Assembly: GCA_040007575.1 (NCBI GenBank) | Contig: JBDTUV010000001.1 | Span: 1 to 34,029, forward strand | From: Gemmatimonadales bacterium | GTDB taxonomy: Bacteria; Gemmatimonadota; Gemmatimonadetes; Gemmatimonadales; GWC2-71-9 | Direction of reading: 5' to 3' | DNA: 34,029 nt | In this document: piece by piece, positions 24,324-31,488 of the stretch | Layout of the letters: every line of letters begins with the position of its first letter | How positions within the stretch are numbered: the stretch's first letter is position 1 | The notes under the pieces: generated by a model | What the model was told of the DNA's origin: nothing | Database searches by the model: none | The model's input: only the letters and a program-made list of their open reading frames with translations | Made by a program: the position numbers and the translations under genes

Positions 24324-26962
24324 CGCCTCACCAGGACTATGACGGTCACCAGTGCGGTCAGCACCTGCGCCACCGTGCTGATGACACCGGCGACATTGGG
24401 TGGCTGATCCTGGACGACCTTTTGTGGCACGAAGACGACCGCTCCCGATTTCGGTTTGGGCACGGCATCGGCGAACACCGCCCGGCGCGTGACGCCTTCC
24501 CTCTTGCCGTTGGGCTGGGTGACATATGCGCGCCTGCTGTCGCCGGTCCCGGTATAGCCTCCCGCTGCGTTTACGTACCAGTCCAGCGACTTGCCCTTTT
24601 CGTACGGCACGGCGCCCGGCGAGTTGACGTAGCCTTCCACCATCACGATGGGATCGTATTCCGGGATGTGGATGGAGTCGCCGGCCGCGAGGATGAGGTT
24701 ATCGCGAGCCTTGTTGTCCTTCAGCACTCGAGGGAGGTCGACCCCGACGCGCTCGCGGTACCCCCGGGGGAGCGTGTCACGAACTCCGGGAGGTAGCCCG
24801 CCTACGGGATCGGGTTGCTGGGCTGCGGGACGGCGGCCCGCGCTATAAGTGCGATAGAACCGGACCCCGCCCGGGTAGGCCTGGTTGGTAAGTCCACCCG
24901 CGCGCTTCACCAGATCGCTGACCCGCTCGGTCTTGTTGAGCAGCGCGTAGCGCCCCGGGTGCGCCACCTGCCCCGTCAGATAGACCAGCCGCTGCAGCTC
25001 CCAGCCGGGCCGGCGCATGATGAGCACGTTGTCATAGGGCTGGAGCGGGAGATCCGGAATTCCACCGGCCGGCGCGTGCGGTTCTGCTGCGGCGCCCTCA
25101 TTACCGCCTTTTTCCACCGAGGTGGAGTCGAGCCGCACCCGGATGGTCGTGGCCAGTGTCCCGGGGTCGTCGGTCTTCGCCCGCCGGGCGATCTCCGCGA
25201 CGCTCAGGTCGGCATCCTCCGTCACCCCTTCCGCCAACAGCACCACGTCCCGCATGGTCATGCCCTCGCGATAGGGCACCCTGCCGGGGTCTCGTACAGC
25301 GCCCACCACCGTGACATAGGGCGAGGGGAGGAAGGCCGATCGGGAGAACACCCGGATCTCATCCTCATCCTGGAGCACCAGGTCATTAGTCACCTTGCCG
25401 GTGGTATCCGCAAAGGCCGACCGCAGCTGAAGCCTGGTCGAGTCTTCGTTGATCCGCGAGACGAGAACCCGGTCGAGGTACACGTCCGGCTTCGGGCCTC
25501 CTGCCAGGCGAATCGCGTCGCTCAGCTTCATCCCCGTGACGAAGCCCACCCGGCCTTCGACCCACACGTTGCCGTTCACGGTCACGTAGCCTCGCACCCG
25601 GTCGGGCACGGACAACACGGTGACGGAGTCACCGGGCGCCATCGGTACACCGGGCACGATCCCCCCCGCCATCTGATCGGGAGCCACGTCCACCACGACC
25701 CGCGCCCGTCCGTTGCTGCTTCGCGCATCGGGCGGAAGAATCCGGTGAATCCGCACCCGGGCCCGATAAGCGGAAGGTCCAAAGCCACCGGCAATCTCGA
25801 TCAGGTCACGCAGAGTCTCATCCGAGCGCAGCTCATAGATGGCGGGGCGGGTGACCTCCCCCGCAACCTTTACGAGCCCGCTATGCACCGGTACGAAGAT
25901 GACGTCGCCGTTCTGCAGCCGGATATCGGTATCGTTGACGCCGTGGAGCAGGTAATCGTAGATGTCGAGACTGTCTACCAGCTTCTCCCCTCGCCGCACC
26001 TGCACCTGCCGGAAGCTGCCGTTGGTGCTCGGGCCACCGGCGGCGTAGAGCGCCGTCAGAACCGTCCCGGCGCCGGAGATCTGGTACGCGCCGGGCCGCA
26101 CCACATCGCCTACGACGAAGACCTGAATGTTCCGAAGTCGTGCGACGGAGATCTGGAACTTGGTGGTGGCTCCAGGCCCTCGCCGGATGCCGGAATACAC
26201 TCGCTTCAGGCGGGAGTAGAGCTGATCCTCGAGCTGGCTCAGGCTGAGGTTCGCGACGTAGACCTGTCCCACCTGGGGGATGACGACGAAACCCTCACGG
26301 TTGACGTCGAGCGAGTAGGCCTGCTCGACATCTCCCGTCAGAATGAGAACCAGCATGTCGCCCGGCCCTAGCCGATAGTTCTCGTCGACTGGCCCATTCT
26401 GCACCGCCTGGAATCGGTTTGAAGTGCGGCGGAAGGTCTGGAGGCCAAAGATCTTGAGACCCTGGGGGCGGAGTATCTCCACTGAGTCGGCGAGCGAATC
26501 GGCCCGGGCCGAATCGGCCCGTAGCGCGCGGAGCGAGTCGAGCACTTGGAGCAGGGAATCGGATAGCGCTCCCACCGAGTCCTGCATCTGAAGTGAGTCG
26601 GTCTCGGCCCCGTTCAGGATACCCAGCGCGCGAACTGCGTCGAATGTTCGTGGTCCGGGCCGGGCCGATCGTGTCGTATCAGCGCCCTGGAGGTATTCGT
26701 CGAGCAGGCTCTCGGGATACCCGGCGGCGCGTAGACGCGAGCGCACCTGGTCCGGTGTGAGGCCGGACTGCTCCAGTCGCTGCCGGAGCTGCCGCACCAC
26801 CTCGGGCTGATTGCGCAGCATCTCCCTGGCCTGGTCGGGCGTCGGCTGCCCCTGGACCGGCACCTGAGCCGAGAGCCGGTGAGTGCCTGGGATGGCCGCC
26901 AGGATAAGCAACGTCGCGGCACTCAAGCCGATGCGAGCAAAGAGCCTAGGAAGCTGGTTCAT
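24320..26962 (-). CDS. Outer-membrane polysaccharide export protein (OPX, Wza-like; Poly_export plus multiple SLBB-like repeats), 880 aa
   Basis: Signal-peptide-like N-terminus, 'YRLGPGDMLVLILTGD' (Poly_export signature), and repeated 'GxVxxPGxYxL'-type SLBB segments ('VGDVVRPGAYQI', 'AGEVTRPAIYEL', 'VGAVRDPGRVPY', 'TGQVAHPGRYAL', 'EGYVNSPGAVPY'). Confidence 0.8.
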   Translation of the reverse strand: MNQLPRLFARIGLSAATLLILAAIPGTHRLSAQVPVQGQPTPDQAREMLRNQPEVVRQLRQRLEQSGLTPDQVRSRLRAAGYPESLLDEYLQGADTTRSARPGPRTFDAVRALGILNGAETDSLQMQDSVGALSDSLLQVLDSLRALRADSARADSLADSVEILRPQGLKIFGLQTFRRTSNRFQAVQNGPVDENYRLGPGDMLVLILTGDVEQAYSLDVNREGFVVIPQVGQVYVANLSLSQLEDQLYSRLKRVYSGIRRGPGATTKFQISVARLRNIQVFVVGDVVRPGAYQISGAGTVLTALYAAGGPSTNGSFRQVQVRRGEKLVDSLDIYDYLLHGVNDTDIRLQNGDVIFVPVHSGLVKVAGEVTRPAIYELRSDETLRDLIEIAGGFGPSAYRARVRIHRILPPDARSSNGRARVVVDVAPDQMAGGIVPGVPMAPGDSVTVLSVPDRVRGYVTVNGNVWVEGRVGFVTGMKLSDAIRLAGGPKPDVYLDRVLVSRINEDSTRLQLRSAFADTTGKVTNDLVLQDEDEIRVFSRSAFLPSPYVTVVGAVRDPGRVPYREGMTMRDVVLLAEGVTEDADLSVAEIARRAKTDDPGTLATTIRVRLDSTSVEKGGNEGAAAEPHAPAGGIPDLPLQPYDNVLIMRRPGWELQRLVYLTGQVAHPGRYALLNKTERVSDLVKRAGGLTNQAYPGGVRFYRTYSAGRRPAAQQPDPVGGLPPGVRDTLPRGYRERVGVDLPRVLKDNKARDNLILAAGDSIHIPEYDPIVMVEGYVNSPGAVPYEKGKSLDWYVNAAGGYTGTGDSRRAYVTQPNGKREGVTRRAVFADAVPKPKSGAVVFVPQKVVQDQPPNVAGVISTVAQVLTALVTVIVLVRR

Positions 26963-26996
26963 GGGAACGCGAAGATCGCTCGTAAGTTACCCAAAG

Positions 26997-28106
26997 TCAA
27001 GCGGTTGCGGGGATCAATGTGCGCCAGAACGCGAGCATCTTTCCCGCGATGGCGCCGTCCGAGAATTCCTCAGAAACGCGCCGCCGGCCGGCCGCACCCA
27101 GGCGTTCGCAGAGCGATCTATCGGCATGCATCTCCTCGAGCGCGGCAGTCAGGGAGGGCACGTCTTCCTCGGGAACGATGCGACCGGCATTTCCAACCAG
27201 CTCGCGTAGGGCCCCGGAGTCGGTCCCGATCACAGCGACACCGTGGGCCATCGCGTGGAGCGCCGCGCGGCCCACGGTCATCACCCAGCGCTGAGTGGTG
27301 CGGGAGGGGAGGACTAGGCAATCGAGCTGGGGCCACACCTCATCCACAGCTGACCGCGGCAAGGCGCCTACCCACGAGATCCGCGCTGCGATGCCGAGGC
27401 GCTGAGCGAGGCCCTCCAGCTCCTCCTGTGAAGGCCCGGTACCGACCACTGTCAGCATCCACTTGCCTGCCATGCCAACACAGGCTCGAAACAGCAGGTC
27501 GAGACCGCGCTCCGGCACCAGCCGGCCCACGAAGCCGATTGCCAGGCCGGTATGGGGTACGCGGGGCACCACGGTAGGAGGGGTGACCCCGAGAAGGGGG
27601 AGGGAGAGGTGGGGCACGGTAGGCCGCCGCTTGATCGCCAGGGCGAGCGCGAGATTGTTGCTGCCGATCACGCCGGCGGCCTGGCGCAGACTGCGCTCCC
27701 TCCGGAAACGCTGCCCCAGGGTGTAGCTCCGCGGCAGGCTCTCCGCGGTGGCGAGAACAGCCGGGATGCCCAGCCGCCGGGCCATCCGGAGCCCTACCGC
27801 CGCCGGCTGGCTCCACGGTTCCTCTTCGAGATGAATCAGGTCGGGCTTGAAGTCGGTAAGCACGCGGCGCAACAGCTTACTGCTCCATTGCAGGCCGTCC
27901 CGGTCCGTTGCCGACCCATGCACCGGAATGGGCACGACCTGAACCCCGCCATCCTCGCCGGCTCCGGTGCTCTGGGACACGCCTTCGCGGGTGGTCCATC
28001 GATTCGGCACCGCGGCGGTCAGGGTAACGCCGAGCCCCGCGAGTGCCCGGAGCTTCGCTCGATTGGCCGGGTCCGCGTACAGCTGGGAGACGACTACAGC
28101 GCGCAC
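26997..28106 (-). CDS. GT4-family glycosyltransferase
   Basis: 'VLPSRTTQRWVMTVGRAALHAMAHGVAVIGTDSGALRELV' and 'IGFVGRLVPERGLDLL'. I chose GTG 28106 ('VRAVVVSQLY...'). The track start at 28286 would overlap the divergent gene's start. Confidence 0.7.
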   Translation of the reverse strand: MRAVVVSQLYADPANRAKLRALAGLGVTLTAAVPNRWTTREGVSQSTGAGEDGGVQVVPIPVHGSATDRDGLQWSSKLLRRVLTDFKPDLIHLEEEPWSQPAAVGLRMARRLGIPAVLATAESLPRSYTLGQRFRRERSLRQAAGVIGSNNLALALAIKRRPTVPHLSLPLLGVTPPTVVPRVPHTGLAIGFVGRLVPERGLDLLFRACVGMAGKWMLTVVGTGPSQEELEGLAQRLGIAARISWVGALPRSAVDEVWPQLDCLVLPSRTTQRWVMTVGRAALHAMAHGVAVIGTDSGALRELVGNAGRIVPEEDVPSLTAALEEMHADRSLCERLGAAGRRRVSEEFSDGAIAGKMLAFWRTLIPATA

Positions 28107-28284
28107 GTTATGGTGCCGGCCGCAGGCGACTGCGCACGTTCTGGCAAACCCGGTCGGAGGCGAGGGCTGGTCGCAAGCGAATATCTCAGGTTGACAGCGA
28201 TTGGGATCTCTGGTGAAGTTGCCGGAACCACCGCTGAAATATAGACCGAGGGGCCGCTCTAAACACCCGAGGTTACCCCGAGTC
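28107..28284. promoter_or_regulatory. Divergent intergenic (promoter) region between the minus-strand export/GT operon and the plus-strand GT4-REC pair
   Basis: 178-nt non-coding gap between divergently oriented starts. It contains a perfect TTGACA at 28191-28196 and TATAGA at 28240-28245, but neither has a convincing partner hexamer. Confidence 0.3.
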
Positions 28285-29358
28285 ATGCGTATTCTGCACC
28301 TCGCGAAGTACTACTGGCCCCGATCCGGGGGCATGGAACGCGTGGTTCAGACGCTGGCCGAAGGTGCAGCCAACCTCGGCCACCAGGTCGAGGTCGTGGC
28401 GGTCGAGAGCCTCGGGCGGAGCGGGGAATCCAGTCGGCACCGGTCGCTGGTCACCCGGGCCTTCTCGTTTGCGGCACTGGGCTCCCAGGAGATCGCTCCG
28501 GGCTACATCGCGGCCGCCTGGAAGCGGGCGGACATCATCCACGTTCATCACCCTCACCCGCTCGCCGACCTGGCGTGTCTGCTCCGTGCTGGGAACACCC
28601 CGGTGGTGGTGACTCAGCACGCCGACTCCAATCGTACCCTGTACCGTCCCCTCACCCGGCAGGTCATCCGGCGAGCCCGCGCGGTGGTGGTGCCAAGCCG
28701 GGCGCACCTGGCGCTCTCGACCGAACTGATCGGATATGAGGCAAAGGTCGAGGTGATTCCCTTCGGGATCGATCAGACCCGCTGGCAGAGCGTGCCGCCA
28801 CCGCCGCCCGGGGCCACACCCCGAGCCATCTTCATCGGGCGTCTGGTGGCCTACAAGGGCCTCGACATCCTGCTGCGGGCGCTCGAGCAGGTCCCGGAGC
28901 TGCGCCTCGACATCGTTGGGTCGGGTCCGGAGGGCCCCCGGCTCAAGACCCTGGCTCGTGCGTTGGCCGTCACAGACAGGGTGCGTTGGTATGGCGAATA
29001 TCCAGATGATGATCTGCCCCGGCGGATGGCCGACGCCGATTTCCTGGTTCTGCCCTCGGTCACGGTGGAAGAGATGTTCGGCCTCGTGGTCCTGGAGGCT
29101 ATGGCGGCCGGGCGGCCGGTGATCACCACGGCGTTGCCCAGTGCGGTACGGGAGGTAAATGTGCCCGGGGTGACCGGGTTGGAGGTGCCGCTCCGGGATG
29201 TGTCGGCGCTGGCCCGCGCGCTCGAGACGCTGAGCCGCGACAGCGCGCGCCGCCGCACCATGGGCGAGGCAGGGCGGAAGCGGGTAGCCGAGCGCTTCAC
29301 GCAGACTGCCATGGCCGAAAGGCACATCGAGCTGTACGAGCGGATCAGAGCGAGCTGA
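28285..29358 (+). CDS. GT4-family glycosyltransferase
   Basis: 'MRILHLAKYYWPRSGGMERVVQTLAEG', 'FIGRLVAYKGLDILL' and 'LPSVTVEEMFGLVVLEAMAAGRPVITT'. Confidence 0.8.
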   Translation: MRILHLAKYYWPRSGGMERVVQTLAEGAANLGHQVEVVAVESLGRSGESSRHRSLVTRAFSFAALGSQEIAPGYIAAAWKRADIIHVHHPHPLADLACLLRAGNTPVVVTQHADSNRTLYRPLTRQVIRRARAVVVPSRAHLALSTELIGYEAKVEVIPFGIDQTRWQSVPPPPPGATPRAIFIGRLVAYKGLDILLRALEQVPELRLDIVGSGPEGPRLKTLARALAVTDRVRWYGEYPDDDLPRRMADADFLVLPSVTVEEMFGLVVLEAMAAGRPVITTALPSAVREVNVPGVTGLEVPLRDVSALARALETLSRDSARRRTMGEAGRKRVAERFTQTAMAERHIELYERIRAS

Positions 29359-29378
29359 TGAAAAACGGGGGATAGCAG

Positions 29379-29744
29379 ATGGGACCTACGGTTCTGGTGG
29401 TAGACGACGAGGCGATAGCCCGTGACTTTATCGGGCGGGCGCTGATCGGGGAGGGGTACCACGTTCTGCTTGCCGCCGATGGTGAGGCTGCGCTGGATGT
29501 CCTGCGATCGACCAAGCGCAAGGTAGCTCTAGTGATAACCGACCTGGTCATGCCCGGCATGGGCGGGCACGCTTTTGCGCTGGAGGTCAAGAAGCTGCCC
29601 TCCCCGCCGCCGGTGCTGTACATCTCGGCCTACGAGAAACCCCAGGGTGAGATGGCCAAACATTTTCTGCAGAAGCCGTTCAGCATCGCCGACGTGGCTC
29701 AAGCGGTCGCGCGCCTCCTCCCGGAGGAGGCGAAGGCGAGGTAG
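29379..29744 (+). CDS. Stand-alone response-regulator receiver (CheY-like) domain protein
   Basis: 'VLVVDDE', phospho-acceptor context 'LVITDLVMPGMGG', 'YISAY' and 'LQKPF'. It is 121 aa with no output domain. Confidence 0.8.
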   Translation: MGPTVLVVDDEAIARDFIGRALIGEGYHVLLAADGEAALDVLRSTKRKVALVITDLVMPGMGGHAFALEVKKLPSPPPVLYISAYEKPQGEMAKHFLQKPFSIADVAQAVARLLPEEAKAR

Positions 29745-29760
29745 CCCGGCTCGAAATCAC

Positions 29761-30651
29761 CTACCACTGCTGCGAGGGTTCTCTCGCGAGCGCGACCTGG
29801 CCATAGAGCGCACGGCCGCTCTTCTGCTGTTTGGCCGCGTACATTGCAATGTCGGCATTTTTGAGCAGCTCCTGCACCGATCGTCCATCCTCAGGATAGA
29901 CCGCTATCCCGATACTCGCTCTCACGGTGAGCTTTACGCCTTCGACCTCGCACGGCTGTGCCACATTGTCGATGATCTTGGCCGCAAGGTTTGCAGCATT
30001 GTTTTCGTCTTTGGCTTCCAGCATCAGAAAAAGGAATTCGTCTCCGCCGCGGCGGCTGACTGTATCGCCGCCCCGGACGAAAGTCTGCAATCGCTGCGCC
30101 ACCAGTTGCAGGACCTGGTCCCCGACGTCATGTCCGTGAGCATCGTTGATGCCCTTAAAGTCATCGAGGTCGATAAACATCACCGCCAGACGCCACTCAT
30201 GGCGTTTCGCCTGCGCCAGGCCGTTGCGCAGCCGGTCATTGAACAGCGCCAGATTGGGCAGACTGGTCGTCGCGTCATGGAGAGCGAGATGCCGCAATTT
30301 CCGCTCCTGAACCTTGCTCTGCGAGAGCGCGGCGGCGCTCTTTAACAGCTGACGCTCCATGTTGTTGCGCTCATCTATTTCTTCCGCCAGCGCGTCGTTG
30401 ACGGTAGCGAGATCTTCCGCGCATTGCTGCACCTTGACCTCGACTTCTTCACTCATATCCAGCGCACGCTCGACTTGGTCAAGCGGCACGCCGTCAGTGA
30501 TTTCCTCCTTGAGCACCGCGTTGACCGATGACAATTCGACTGCACACTGCTCCACCTTGTCTTTCACCTGCTCGCTTTGGTCCAATGCCCGGATCAAGGG
30601 CGCAGGCAGGAGTACTTTGGTCGCTCCCGCTTTTTCTCCATCCGAAGTCAT
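29761..30651 (-). CDS. GGDEF-domain diguanylate cyclase with N-terminal coiled-coil/tandem-repeat region
   Basis: A-site 'RRGGDEF' with an I-site-like 'RGGD' five residues upstream, plus 'LAVMFIDLDDFKGINDAHGHDVGD'. An SD-like AAGGTGAGG lies just upstream of the ATG. Confidence 0.85.
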   Translation of the reverse strand: MTSDGEKAGATKVLLPAPLIRALDQSEQVKDKVEQCAVELSSVNAVLKEEITDGVPLDQVERALDMSEEVEVKVQQCAEDLATVNDALAEEIDERNNMERQLLKSAAALSQSKVQERKLRHLALHDATTSLPNLALFNDRLRNGLAQAKRHEWRLAVMFIDLDDFKGINDAHGHDVGDQVLQLVAQRLQTFVRGGDTVSRRGGDEFLFLMLEAKDENNAANLAAKIIDNVAQPCEVEGVKLTVRASIGIAVYPEDGRSVQELLKNADIAMYAAKQQKSGRALYGQVALAREPSQQW

Positions 30652-30687
30652 AGCCTCACCTTTCTGGTCGTGAGCTGTTGTGCACCC

Positions 30688-30801
30688 TCAGGCAGCGAGC
30701 AGCTGTCGGACGGTGGGGACAAGGTCTGGCAGGTCGAAGGGCTTGAACAAGGTGCGGACATTACTCGGGAGGTCGTAGGTAGTGCCGGCGAAACTTGACC
30801 G
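30688..30801 (-). pseudogene. 3' remnant (37 codons plus stop) of a response-regulator receiver-domain gene
   Basis: The minus-strand frame reads 'RSSFAGTTYDLPSNVRTLFKPFDLPDLVPTVRQLLAA*', which resembles a REC C-terminus ('KPFD...L...V..LL'). It is preceded directly by an in-frame TAG (30802-30804) and has no start codon. It ends 36 nt upstream of the GGDEF gene. Confidence 0.4.
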
Positions 30802-31062
30802 CTAAGGCAATAAGGCAATGCCAGCCCTTGGGGCCGGGCTTCTCAGGTGACACGGTATGATCCTTTGGGCCCGGAGGAGACGACCGGGGGGTGGCAGCCA
30901 GAAATGGCAGGTCTCTTTACACTACCCTAGTGCGACTCGCCCGACAACCCGGGCAAGACGAATCCCCTCGGTGAGAAAGCATCCGGCTTCCGGGCTCAGC
31001 ATTCCATCCGTGTCGGCCGCTCTTGTTTAAGCGGCGGTCCTGAATGAAGTTTTCTCTCGCGC

Positions 31063-31136
31063 GGGCCCTTAGCTCAGTCGGTTAGAGCAGCGGACTCATA
31101 ATCCGTAGGTCCTGGGTTCGAATCCCAGAGGGCCCA
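31063..31136 (+). tRNA. tRNA with CAT anticodon (elongator Met or, more likely by resemblance, lysidine-type Ile2)
   Basis: Hand-folded cloverleaf: acceptor GGGCCCT/AGGGCCC, D-arm GCTC/GAGC, anticodon stem GCGGA/TCCGT with loop CTCATAA, T-arm CTGGG-TTCGAAT-CCCAG, discriminator A. It is 74 nt and CCA is not encoded. Confidence 0.9.
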
Positions 31137-31488
31137 TCCTCCCTAGGTCACCCATAGCAAGTATTTCGCAAAACAGACGGCCACCCAGCGCGGTGGCCAG
31201 GCGGCTGACGGCCGCAACTGGAGCCTCGCACGGCGATGCTCCCCCAATCGGGTGCGAGACCCCCCGTTTCCAGGCGTCCGGGCAGGCCAACCCCACCCGC
31301 CGGCGTAGGCCCTGACTGGGTCAGGACTGGGGCCCTAACGGTGTGCTTGCGAAAGTGTTATCCGTCACCTCCCAGGCAGATGGCAGGCGCTAGCTTTTTT
31401 TGACCGGCCGGGTCGGGCCAAGAGCCCGGGACCGTCTTTCATAGTTCACCGATCTCACGCCTTCGGGCGTCGTAGAGAGTCGAAAGCC

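Noticed and set aside
24815-26371. 518-aa plus-strand ORF antisense to the OPX gene
   Set aside because: It is Arg/His/Pro/Gly-rich and lacks any domain signature. The opposite strand encodes Poly_export and SLBB motifs throughout.
29358-29375. Five-codon mini-ORF (ATG AAA AAC GGG GGA TAG) bridging the GT4 stop (TGATG) and the REC start
   Set aside because: It is too short to evaluate and is easily explained by chance. The GGGGGA within it more plausibly serves as the Shine-Dalgarno sequence for the REC gene.
29748-29758. Possible att-like direct repeat of the tRNA(CAU) 3' end: GGCTCGAAATC against GGTTCGAATCC, at the far edge of the lower-GC block
   Set aside because: The match is imperfect and only about 11 nt long. 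The block lies 5' of the tRNA, whereas tRNA-targeting integrases leave the island 3' of the intact gene. No integrase gene is present.
29575-30345. 256-aa plus-strand ORF antisense to the GGDEF gene
   Set aside because: It has no motifs. The opposite strand carries textbook GGDEF A-site and I-site sequences and its own ribosome-binding site.
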